From the NCBI GenBank assembly GCA_964617025.1, contig CAZTVU010000015.1, positions 1-42,520 on the forward strand: a DNA stretch of 42,520 bases, given 5' to 3'. Positions 16,637-24,500 of the stretch are shown in pieces (the first letter of the stretch is position 1; the number at the start of each line of letters is the position of its first letter). This DNA comes from an uncultured Planctomycetales bacterium. GTDB taxonomy: Bacteria; Planctomycetota; Phycisphaerae; UBA1845; PWPN01. The notes beneath the pieces are model-generated. The model saw only the letters and a program-made list of their open reading frames with translations. It made no database searches and had not been told where the DNA came from. The translations under genes were made by a program, and so were the position numbers.

Positions 16637-17703
16637 GAAGACACCCCCGCGGCCAGCTCGGTCACGTCGGCGGCCAGGGCGTCGACATCGGCGTCCGTCG
16701 TGTCCCACGAGCACATCAGCCGGGCGCCGCCGCAGCCGATGAACGTGTAGAAGCGCCAGCCCCTCGCGCGCAGGCCGTCGGCCACCGCCGGCGGCATCTC
16801 CACGAAGACCGAATTCGCCTCTCGCGGAAACATGATCCGAATGCCGGGCACGCGGCGAAGCTTCTCCTCAAGCCGGCGGGCACATTGGTTGGAGTGCTCG
16901 CCGTAGCGAAGCCACGCACCGCTGCGCAGCATGCCGACCCACGGCGCCGCCAGGAATCGCATCTTGGCGCCGAGCTGTCCGGCCTGTTTGCATCGGAAGT
17001 CGAACTCCTCGGCCAGCGAACGGTTGAAGAACACGACGGCCTCCCCGAAGGCCATGCCGTTCTTTCCCCCGCCCAGGCAAAGCACGTCGACGCCGGCCTT
17101 CCAGGTGATCTCCTTCGGGGCGACCTGCAACGTGGCGAGCGCGTTCGCCAGGCGGGCGCCGTCCATATGCACGCGGAGGCCGAGCCGGCGGGCCAGCTCG
17201 CCGACGGCGTGCAACTCGCCCACGGTGTAGACGGTGCCCAGTTCGGTCGCCTGCGTCACGCTGACGGCGTGCGGCTTCGGGTAGTGGATGTCCGATCGGC
17301 GATGAACCGTGTGCTCCACGGCATCGAGGTCCAGTTTGCCGTTGGCCCCGGGGACGACCAGCACCTTCGTGCCGTTGGAGAAGAACTCCGGCGCGCCGCA
17401 CTCGTCGGTTTCGAGGTGGGCGGTCTCGTGCACGATGATGCTGTGAAACGGCTGGCAGAGCGTGGCGACAACCAGCGAGTTGGCCGCCGTGCCGTTGAAC
17501 GTGAAGAACACCTCGCAGTCGGTCTCGAAGAGCTCGCGAATCGAATCGCACGCCTTCTCCGTCCAGCAGTCGTCGCCGTACGATGGGACGTGGCCGTGGT
17601 TCGCCTCGGCCATCGCCTGCCATGCCTCCGGGCAGATGCCCGCGTAGTTGTCGCTGGCGAACTGCCGTTGGCGTTCGCCGCCGGAACGAGCCGGTTCGTT
17701 CAT
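16624..17703 (-). CDS. ltaE: low-specificity L-threonine aldolase (beta-eliminating lyase fold)
   Basis: I moved the start to ATG 17703 (MNEPARSG...FASDNYAGICPEAW). Typical blocks are FTFNGTAANSL, HMDGARLANA and the PLP-Lys region LCLGGGKNGM. There is an ATGA overlap with the SDR stop. The upstream part of the listed 576-aa ORF is Arg/Gly-rich and overlaps the SDR gene. Confidence 0.85.
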   Translation of the reverse strand: MNEPARSGGERQRQFASDNYAGICPEAWQAMAEANHGHVPSYGDDCWTEKACDSIRELFETDCEVFFTFNGTAANSLVVATLCQPFHSIIVHETAHLETDECGAPEFFSNGTKVLVVPGANGKLDLDAVEHTVHRRSDIHYPKPHAVSVTQATELGTVYTVGELHAVGELARRLGLRVHMDGARLANALATLQVAPKEITWKAGVDVLCLGGGKNGMAFGEAVVFFNRSLAEEFDFRCKQAGQLGAKMRFLAAPWVGMLRSGAWLRYGEHSNQCARRLEEKLRRVPGIRIMFPREANSVFVEMPPAVADGLRARGWRFYTFIGCGGARLMCSWDTTDADVDALAADVTELAAGVSSCRG

Positions 17704-18536
17704 GGCCGCAGCCCCCTTGTTCGCGGACCCGTGCGGTACGCACCCGTGTAGAAACTCAGCCGCGGGAACTGGTCGCACGTCAGCCCGCCGTCGACCACGA
17801 TCCGCTGGCCGGTGATGTAGCGGGCGGCATCGGACGCCAGGAACACGACGGCGCCGGCGACCTCGTCGGCCGTGGCCCAGCGGCCGAGGGGGATGTGCCG
17901 GTCGGCCCACGGCTTGAAATCCGGCCTGAGCGGGAAGTCCAGGCCGATCTCCGTTTCGACGAGCCCGGGGGCCACGCTGTTGACCGTGATCTCGTGCGGG
18001 GCCAGCTCGATGGCCAGCGACCCGGTCAGAAGCTCCAGCGCCCCCTTGCTCGCGTTGTAAGGCGAGAGCAGCCCCTCGGCCATGAAGCCGTTCGTGCTGG
18101 TGATGTGGATGATGCGGCCGGCCGTGCCCTTGTCGATCATGCACGTGGCGGCGCGCTGCGACAGGAAGAAGGGCCCCATGACGTTGATGCGGAGGGTTCG
18201 CTCCATCATCTCGGGCGTCACCCGGTCGAACGTCACGAGTTCGGCGACGGCGGCGTTGTTGACGAGGATGTCGATCGTGCCCGCCTCGTCGACAAAGCGG
18301 TCGATCACGCGGGGCAGGGCCGCCGTCTCCGCGAGGTCCTGGCGGATAAGCCACGCGCGCCGCCCCCGCACGCGGACGTCCGACGCGATTTGCTCCGCCT
18401 CGGCCTCGCGGGACCGATAGAGGATGCCGACGTCGGCGCCGGCCTCCGCCAGGGCCGTGGCGATCGCCGCCCCGAGGCCGCGGCTGCCGCCGGCGACCAG
18501 CGCCACCTTCCCCGTCAGGTCAAACGGATTCGCCAT
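17700..18536 (-). CDS. SDR family oxidoreductase
   Basis: VAGGSRGLGAAIA (TGxxxGxG-type), NNAA, and catalytic YNASK. GGGAG lies 5 nt upstream of the ATG. Confidence 0.9.
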   Translation of the reverse strand: MANPFDLTGKVALVAGGSRGLGAAIATALAEAGADVGILYRSREAEAEQIASDVRVRGRRAWLIRQDLAETAALPRVIDRFVDEAGTIDILVNNAAVAELVTFDRVTPEMMERTLRINVMGPFFLSQRAATCMIDKGTAGRIIHITSTNGFMAEGLLSPYNASKGALELLTGSLAIELAPHEITVNSVAPGLVETEIGLDFPLRPDFKPWADRHIPLGRWATADEVAGAVVFLASDAARYITGQRIVVDGGLTCDQFPRLSFYTGAYRTGPRTRGLRP

Positions 18537-18571
18537 TCAGTGCTCCCATGCATGCATGTCTGCACGATGCG

Positions 18572-18599
18572 ATTATCGGTTTCCCGAGTGTGCCTGCAA
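18572..18599 (-). promoter_or_regulatory. promoter candidate for the SDR-ltaE-DSD1-creatininase operon (TTGCAG-N16-GATAAT)
   Basis: On the minus strand, -35 TTGCAG at 18599-18594, a 16-nt spacer, and -10 GATAAT at 18577-18572. Motif match only. Confidence 0.35.
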
Positions 18600-18704
18600 G
18601 CCGGGCAGGCGACGGCAGAAAACCGTGCACCATCGGGCAATCGCCGCGACGCGGCAGCGCCTGCCCCGAGCCGATTGATGCGGCATGCCCGCCGGCGCGT
18701 TTCG

Positions 18705-20138
18705 TCACGAAGTCTCTCGGCCCGTGCCGTCGTCGAGACGCCTCGGCGGCTTCCGGTCGGCGGCGCGAGCCCTGGGGGGCCGGCGGCCGGCGGCCACGTC
18801 CGCCTCGAACGTCCTGCGGCGGCGGAGGATGTGATGGTAATGCTGGGCGAAGCGATGCGCCTCATCCCGTACCTGCTGCAGCAGGCGCAGGGCGTGGTCG
18901 TTACGGCTGAGGCGAAACGGCCTGGCCCGGGCCTGCGTGTAGATCTCCTCCTCCCGTTTCGCCAGCGAGACGACCATGGGCGGCCGAACGTTCATGTCGG
19001 CAAAGGCCTCGAGGGCGGCATGGAGCTGGCCCAGCCCGCCGTCGATCAAAATGACGTCGGGGTAGAGTTCCTCGCCCTCGGCGGCGTATCGGTATCGCCG
19101 GGTGACGACCTCCTTGATCATGGCGTAGTCGTCGATGCCCTCGACCGTCCGGATGCGAAAGCGCCGATAGCCTCCCTTGAACGGCTTGCCGTCGATGAAA
19201 CAGACCAGCGACCCGCACGACTCCTCGCCGTGGAGGTTGGCGATGTCGATGCCCTCGATCCGCCGGGGCGGGCCGTTCAGCTCGAGGACCTCGGCCAGGC
19301 GTTCGAGGCCCTTGCGCGGATCGATGTGAAAGACCTCCGGCTGCACGTCGACGTCGGGATCGCCGGAGAGCGCAAGGCCCTCGATGGCCCGAATCCGGTC
19401 GCGGAGCCGCGCGGCCTCCTCGAATCGAAGCCCCGCCGCCGCCTGCGCCATCTCGTCGCGCATCTGCCGGAGCAGGACGCTCCGCTTGGACGCCAGGAAC
19501 TTCCGGAGCCGCTGGATGTCCTTGTGATACTCCTCCCGGCTGATGAGGGCCGCGCACGGGGCCGTGCACTGGCGGATCGCGTGCAGCAGGCAGGGGCGGA
19601 AGTGCCGGCGGGATTCGTCGCCGTCGCGGATGTCCAGCTCGCAGGTGCGGAACTTGAACGCCTTCTGCAACGCGTTGACCGCGTCCCGCAACACCGACGG
19701 ACTCGTGAACGGGCCGTACAGCTTGCTGCCCTTGTGGCGCGGGGTTCGCGTGACGTAGACCGCAGGGAAGTCGTCGCTCGTCGTGATCTCGAGGTACGGG
19801 AACGTCTTGTCGTCGCGAAGTCGCTCGTTGTAGGGCGGCTGGATGTCCTTGATCAGCCGGTTTTCGAGCAGGAGGGCATCCACTTCCGTGTCGCAATCGA
19901 GGAAGTCCAGGTCGACGACGGCGGCGGCCATGCGGGCGATCTCCGGGCCGCGGGTCCGGAGCAGATCCGCCGAATCCTGAAAGTAGCTGCCGACCCGGCT
20001 GCGCAGGTCCTTGGCCTTTCCCACGTAGAGGACGCGGCCCCGCGCATCCTTGAACAGATAGACCCCGGGCGTCTTCGGCAGGTGCCGGATCTTCTCGCGC
20101 AGGGCGTCGAGCGGGGTTGGCGCGGGTGCCTCGTCCAT
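18705..20138 (-). CDS. uvrC: excinuclease ABC subunit C, short form without recognisable C-terminal (HhH)2
   Basis: I moved the start to ATG 20138 (MDEAPAPTPLDALREKIRHLP). GIY-YIG block GVYLFKDARGRVLYVGKAKDLRSRVGSY, UVR motif RFEEAARLRDRIRAIE, and endonuclease V-like block IEGIDIANLHGEESCGSLVCF. It is 477 aa and ends in a basic low-complexity tail. Confidence 0.9.
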   Translation of the reverse strand: MDEAPAPTPLDALREKIRHLPKTPGVYLFKDARGRVLYVGKAKDLRSRVGSYFQDSADLLRTRGPEIARMAAAVVDLDFLDCDTEVDALLLENRLIKDIQPPYNERLRDDKTFPYLEITTSDDFPAVYVTRTPRHKGSKLYGPFTSPSVLRDAVNALQKAFKFRTCELDIRDGDESRRHFRPCLLHAIRQCTAPCAALISREEYHKDIQRLRKFLASKRSVLLRQMRDEMAQAAAGLRFEEAARLRDRIRAIEGLALSGDPDVDVQPEVFHIDPRKGLERLAEVLELNGPPRRIEGIDIANLHGEESCGSLVCFIDGKPFKGGYRRFRIRTVEGIDDYAMIKEVVTRRYRYAAEGEELYPDVILIDGGLGQLHAALEAFADMNVRPPMVVSLAKREEEIYTQARARPFRLSRNDHALRLLQQVRDEAHRFAQHYHHILRRRRTFEADVAAGRRPPRARAADRKPPRRLDDGTGRETS

Positions 20139-20144
20139 CCTTCC

Positions 20145-20174
20145 ATTGTACGCCGTCCGGGAGCGGCACGTCAG
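20145..20174 (-). promoter_or_regulatory. promoter candidate for uvrC (CTGACG-N18-TACAAT), leaderless geometry
   Basis: On the minus strand, -10 TACAAT at 20150-20145, followed by 6 nt (GGAAGG) and then ATG 20138. The -35-like CTGACG is at 20174-20169. Confidence 0.3.
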
Positions 20175-20214
20175 GGCATCAAACGGCCCGCCCCCCAGCC
20201 CCGCGGGAAGTCCC

Positions 20215-21486
20215 TCACAAATCGGAAAACGGCAGCGCAACGGCGTGCGGACCGAGCGGCAGGCGAACATCGCCCGCGTGAACGACGTACCCCTTCGCGA
20301 CGCGCGGGCCTACATCGGCCGCAAACGCGTCGATCCCTTCCGCCATGCGGCGGTTGGGCGTCGAGGACAACTTGACCTCAATCGGGATGAGTCGGTCACC
20401 CGACTCCACCACGATGTCCACCTCGCTCCCCGCGCCCGTGCGCCAGAAGTACACGTGCGGTTCCTGCCCGGCGTGCGTCAGCGCGCGGATGATTTCCGAC
20501 AGCACCAGCGTCTCCAGGATCGCGCCGCCCATCGGACCGGCCATCGCGTGCTCGGCACTCCGTACGCCCGCCAGATAGCACAACGTCCCCACGTCATTGA
20601 GATAGACCTTGGGCGTTTTCACCAGGCGCTTGCGCACGTTGGCGCGGTAGGGGCGAAGAAGAGTCACCTGGTACGTGGCCTCCAGGATCGAAAGCCATGC
20701 TTTGACCGTGTTGAGGGCCACGCCGAGTTCGCGGGAGATCTCGGCGAGGTGCAGCAGTTGGCCGCTTCGCGCCGCGATCACCCGCAGAAAGGACTGAACC
20801 TGGCTCAGATCACCCACCTGCCGCAGCGATCGCACGTCGCGCTCCAGATACGTCTGGACATAACTGCCGTGCCAGAGGCGCAGATCGCGTCGCGGGTCCG
20901 CAACAAGCTCGGGATACCCGCCGCGCAGAATCCCCTCTCGCAGAGCAGCGAGCGGAATCCGCGGACGCCGGACGCTTCGGCCGGCCAGCCAGGGCAGGGG
21001 CGTCTGGGGCTTGCCGACGGCCTCCCGCCAGGAGCACGGCAAGAGCCGGAGCATGGCCGCGCGACCGGCCAGCGACTCGGTAACAGCGGCCAGGACCATG
21101 AGATTCTGCGACCCCGTGAGAAGGTACCGGCCGCAGCGGCGGCGGTCTGCATCCACCCGTTCCTTGATGTAGGGCAGCAGGATCGGGGCGCACTGTACCT
21201 CGTCGAGTATGACCGGAGGCGAATGAATCTCCAGGAAGCCTCGCGGGTCCTCGGTGGCCGCGGCGCGCACGTCCGGCGGCTCGAGCGATACGTAGCGGCA
21301 GCGATCGCCAAACAGGTGTTTCAGGAGCGTCGTTTTCCCGGACTGGCGCGGCCCGGTGAGGACGACCACCGGGAACTCTCGGGCCGCGCGCCGCACGACG
21401 GGCTCCAGGGTTCGCCGGATGTACACGGGCGGTGCGGGCACGGCAGCCTCCGTCAAGGCGCATGCAATCATGCATTTCAAATGCAT
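20215..21486 (-). CDS. AAA-type ATPase with C-terminal DUF4143 / PD-(D/E)xK-like nuclease domain
   Basis: Walker A LTGPRQSGKTTLL and Walker B-like VILDEVQ. The C-terminal GSEVDIVVE...LIPIEVK pattern is typical of restriction-endonuclease-fold domains. The start is either ATG 21486 or ATG 21471. Confidence 0.8.
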   Translation of the reverse strand: MHLKCMIACALTEAAVPAPPVYIRRTLEPVVRRAAREFPVVVLTGPRQSGKTTLLKHLFGDRCRYVSLEPPDVRAAATEDPRGFLEIHSPPVILDEVQCAPILLPYIKERVDADRRRCGRYLLTGSQNLMVLAAVTESLAGRAAMLRLLPCSWREAVGKPQTPLPWLAGRSVRRPRIPLAALREGILRGGYPELVADPRRDLRLWHGSYVQTYLERDVRSLRQVGDLSQVQSFLRVIAARSGQLLHLAEISRELGVALNTVKAWLSILEATYQVTLLRPYRANVRKRLVKTPKVYLNDVGTLCYLAGVRSAEHAMAGPMGGAILETLVLSEIIRALTHAGQEPHVYFWRTGAGSEVDIVVESGDRLIPIEVKLSSTPNRRMAEGIDAFAADVGPRVAKGYVVHAGDVRLPLGPHAVALPFSDL

Positions 21487-21492
21487 AATTGC
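21464..21492. promoter_or_regulatory. AT-rich 14-bp inverted repeat overlapping the ATPase start codon(s)
   Basis: GCAATCATGCATTT-C-AAATGCATAATTGC, with 13 of 14 arm positions complementary. It is one of the most A/T-rich spots in the window and lies between the GH78 stop (21524) and the ATPase start. Confidence 0.35.
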
Positions 21493-21523
21493 AAGACCGC
21501 CCGGGTTCGCCGCCCCGACGGGC

Positions 21524-24379
21524 CTACTTCGGGCGGAAGCCCTTCGAAACGAACCGGTACGTCCCCGAACCGACCTCGAATACGGCAGCGCCGCTTTCCA
21601 TGCGCACGAACCGGACGCCCTCGGACTCCGCGGCGGGCTTGTCGCCCTCAGTGACCGAGGCCTCGCCCGCCGCCGGCACGTACACCGCGGCCGACGTGTT
21701 GGCCGGGATGGAAACCGAGAGCGTCAGCGTGTCGCCGTCGATCTTCCACTCGCTGGCGATCGTGCCGCGGATCGAGTCGTAGCTGCCCCGCGCCCACTCG
21801 AGCCCTCCGCCCGGCTCCGGGCGGAGGCTGAATCGCTGATAGCCGGGATGGGCCTCGTCGGGGTTGATCCCGAGGATGACGCGATACATCCACTCGCCCA
21901 CCGACCCGATCGCGTAGTGGCAGAACGAGTTCATGCCGGGGTCCTGGTAGCCGCGGCCCTCGACCCAGCCGTCCCATCGCTCCCAGATCGTCGTCGCTCC
22001 GTGCTCGATCTCGTATCCCCACGACGGAATCGTGCGGTTGTGGATCAGCTTGTACGCAACCTCGTTGCAGCCGTTCCGCGTCAGCTCGCGCATAAGCATG
22101 ACGGTCGTGTGGAAGCCCGTGGAGATGTGGCCCTTGTACGCCTCGATCCGGTCGACCATCCGCCGGGCGGCCGCCTCGCGCTTCTCCGGCGGCACGAGGT
22201 CGAAGTGCAGGGCCAGCGCCTGTCCCGCCTGGGTGTTGCCCAGCACCTCGCCGTCGTCCTTCACATAGGCGCGGATGAAGGCCTGCCGGATCTCGTCGGC
22301 GAGCTTGCCGTACTTCCGCGCCTCGTCCTCCCGGCCGATGATCGCCGCCATCTTCGCCACGAGCGACGTCGAGTGCTGGAAGAACGCCGTCGCGAACACC
22401 TCCTTCGGCACCTCCGAGCCCGACTTCGGGTAGCCGAACATGTCGAGCTTGAGCGTGTCGCCGTTCAGCCAGTCGCCGTAATCGTTGTTTCGCTTGTTCT
22501 TCCAGAGCAGGTCGGGGTTATTCGAGTGGATCCAGTCGACCCAGCGGCGGGCCGAGTCGAAATGCTCGTGCAGGATGCGCGTGTCGCCGTAGTTCACGTA
22601 CATCCGCCAGGGGACGATCACGCCGCAGTCGCCCCAGGCCGGCACCCCGGAGAACCGCTTGTTGGGGTCGAACGGCATCGGCGCAAAGTCGGGGTAGCGG
22701 CCGTCGTCCGCCTGGTCGTCGCGGATGTCGCGGGCCCACTTCGTGAAGAAGGCAGCCATATCCATCAGGAAACACGCGGGCTGCGCGAAGGCGAGCATGT
22801 CGCCCATCCATCCCATCCGCTCATCCCGCTGCGGGCAGTCGGTCGGGACGCCATGCAGGTTGTCGCGCAGGGTCCACGTGATGTTCTGCATGAGCTTGTT
22901 CAGCAACGGGCTGGAGCACTCGAACCGGCCGGTCATGGGCGGGGCCGAGTGAAACGCGCGGGCGACGATCGAGCCCGCCGCCGGTTTGGCCGGCAGCCCG
23001 GTGATCTCGACGTACCGGAATCCGTGGTAGGTGAAGTGCGGCTCGAACACCTCCTCGCCGCCGCCGCGGAGGATGTACTGGTCCTCCTGCCGGGCGCCGA
23101 GGTATGGGCCCCACTTCAGGTTCTTGTCGGCCGCGTACACCTTCATCCGGAGGTTGTCGCGGTAGATGTTGCCGTCCGGCTCGAGGACCTCCGCGTGGCG
23201 AAGCGTCACCGTCGTCCCCGCCGGGCCCTGCACCTTCAACCGGCACCAGCCCGCCAGGATCTGCCCGAAGTCCGCGACATAGACGCCCGGAGCCGGCTCC
23301 GTGACGGCCACCGGCAGCCGCTCCTCCGTCACGCGGATGGGCTCATTCGGCTGCGCGTTGAGCTCCGCGTCGACGCGGTCCCGCGCCTCGGCGGCCGTCC
23401 AGCCCGAATCGTCGAAGCCGGGCCTGTCCCAGCGGGGGATCTCCTTGCGGGCGTCGTAGACCTCGCCGTCCAGGATGCACGCCCGCCGGATCGGCCCGTC
23501 GTCGGTCCCCTTCCAGGAACCGTCGGAGACGACCGTCTCCGTCGAGCCGTCGGCGTACTCGATATCCAACTGCATCAACAGGTGAAGTTCGCGGCCGTAG
23601 TGCCCCCGAAGCGGTCCGTCGGGGACGACGTGCGAGATGCCGATCCGGCCGGCGTACCACCCGTCGCCGAGGATCGCGCCGACGGCATTGCGGCCCACCT
23701 TCAGCATCGGCGTCACGTCGTACCGCTGGTACTGCACGCGCTTGTGGTAGTTGGTCCACTCGGGAGTCAGGAGCCGGTCGCCGACGCGAGAACCGTTGAT
23801 CCGCAGCTCATACAGTCCCAGCGCCGACGCCGAGACGACGGCCCGTTTCACGGGTTTGGCGACCTCGAACTCCTTGCGGAGAATGGGCGACGGCATCGGC
23901 GGCGGCGGCTCGCCTTGCGACAGCGGCCGGGGCAGCCGGATCCACTTGGCCTTCCAGTCGTCGGGCGATCGCCACCCGACCGTGAAGCGGGCCGTCTCGC
24001 TCCAGTCCGAAGGCTCGCTCCCGGCATTGGTCCACACGCGGACCCGCCACCAGGCGGTCTGGCCGGGACGCAGCGGCTTGCCCGCGTATACGATGTGGGC
24101 GGTCCGGTCCGATGCCACCTTGCCGCTGTCCCAGAGATCGCCGTCCGCCCCGCCCGCCGGCGACTCGCCCGTCCCCGCGACGATCTGGTAGGCGGTCTGC
24201 ACCGTAGCCCGCCGGTCCGACTCGATGACCCAGCTCAGCCGCGGTTGTGCCGTGTCGACGGCCAGCGGGTTCGTCAGGTACTCGCATCGCAACCGGACCG
24301 GTGTCACCTTTGCCATCACGGAAGCCTCCAACACTGCCAGAGCCAAACCGCATCCTGCAATCAACCGGGTCGTTTTCAC
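21524..24379 (-). CDS. alpha-L-rhamnosidase (GH78)
   Basis: PVRLRCEYLTNPLAVDTAQPRLSW, then SALGLYELRINGSRVGDRLLTPEWTNYHKRVQY, and a six-hairpin domain with DCPQRDERMGWMGD. The proposed start is GTG 24379 (VKTTRLIAGCGLALAVLEA signal, GAGAGGAA upstream). The alternative is ATG 24316. Confidence 0.85.
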   Translation of the reverse strand: MKTTRLIAGCGLALAVLEASVMAKVTPVRLRCEYLTNPLAVDTAQPRLSWVIESDRRATVQTAYQIVAGTGESPAGGADGDLWDSGKVASDRTAHIVYAGKPLRPGQTAWWRVRVWTNAGSEPSDWSETARFTVGWRSPDDWKAKWIRLPRPLSQGEPPPPMPSPILRKEFEVAKPVKRAVVSASALGLYELRINGSRVGDRLLTPEWTNYHKRVQYQRYDVTPMLKVGRNAVGAILGDGWYAGRIGISHVVPDGPLRGHYGRELHLLMQLDIEYADGSTETVVSDGSWKGTDDGPIRRACILDGEVYDARKEIPRWDRPGFDDSGWTAAEARDRVDAELNAQPNEPIRVTEERLPVAVTEPAPGVYVADFGQILAGWCRLKVQGPAGTTVTLRHAEVLEPDGNIYRDNLRMKVYAADKNLKWGPYLGARQEDQYILRGGGEEVFEPHFTYHGFRYVEITGLPAKPAAGSIVARAFHSAPPMTGRFECSSPLLNKLMQNITWTLRDNLHGVPTDCPQRDERMGWMGDMLAFAQPACFLMDMAAFFTKWARDIRDDQADDGRYPDFAPMPFDPNKRFSGVPAWGDCGVIVPWRMYVNYGDTRILHEHFDSARRWVDWIHSNNPDLLWKNKRNNDYGDWLNGDTLKLDMFGYPKSGSEVPKEVFATAFFQHSTSLVAKMAAIIGREDEARKYGKLADEIRQAFIRAYVKDDGEVLGNTQAGQALALHFDLVPPEKREAAARRMVDRIEAYKGHISTGFHTTVMLMRELTRNGCNEVAYKLIHNRTIPSWGYEIEHGATTIWERWDGWVEGRGYQDPGMNSFCHYAIGSVGEWMYRVILGINPDEAHPGYQRFSLRPEPGGGLEWARGSYDSIRGTIASEWKIDGDTLTLSVSIPANTSAAVYVPAAGEASVTEGDKPAAESEGVRFVRMESGAAVFEVGSGTYRFVSKGFRPK

Positions 24380-24439
24380 GGGTGGCGTTCCTCTCTGTTC
24401 GCTTCCGGAACCACGCCGACACACACAGCCGAGTGCGGC

Positions 24440-24468
24440 AGTATCGCAACGCGGCGGCGAAACGACAA
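24440..24468 (-). promoter_or_regulatory. promoter candidate for GH78 (TTGTCG-N17-GATACT)
   Basis: On the minus strand, -35 TTGTCG at 24468-24463, a 17-nt spacer, and -10 GATACT at 24445-24440. It lies in the gap between the permease stop and the GH78 start. Confidence 0.3.
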
Positions 24469-24500
24469 GGGGCGCCCGCACGGCGGCGGGCGGCGGGCCC

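Noticed and set aside
18549-18560. (CATG)3 alternating tract in the SDR operon leader.
   Set aside because: It is only 12 nt, lies between the predicted -10 and the SD, and I can argue no function beyond chance low complexity.
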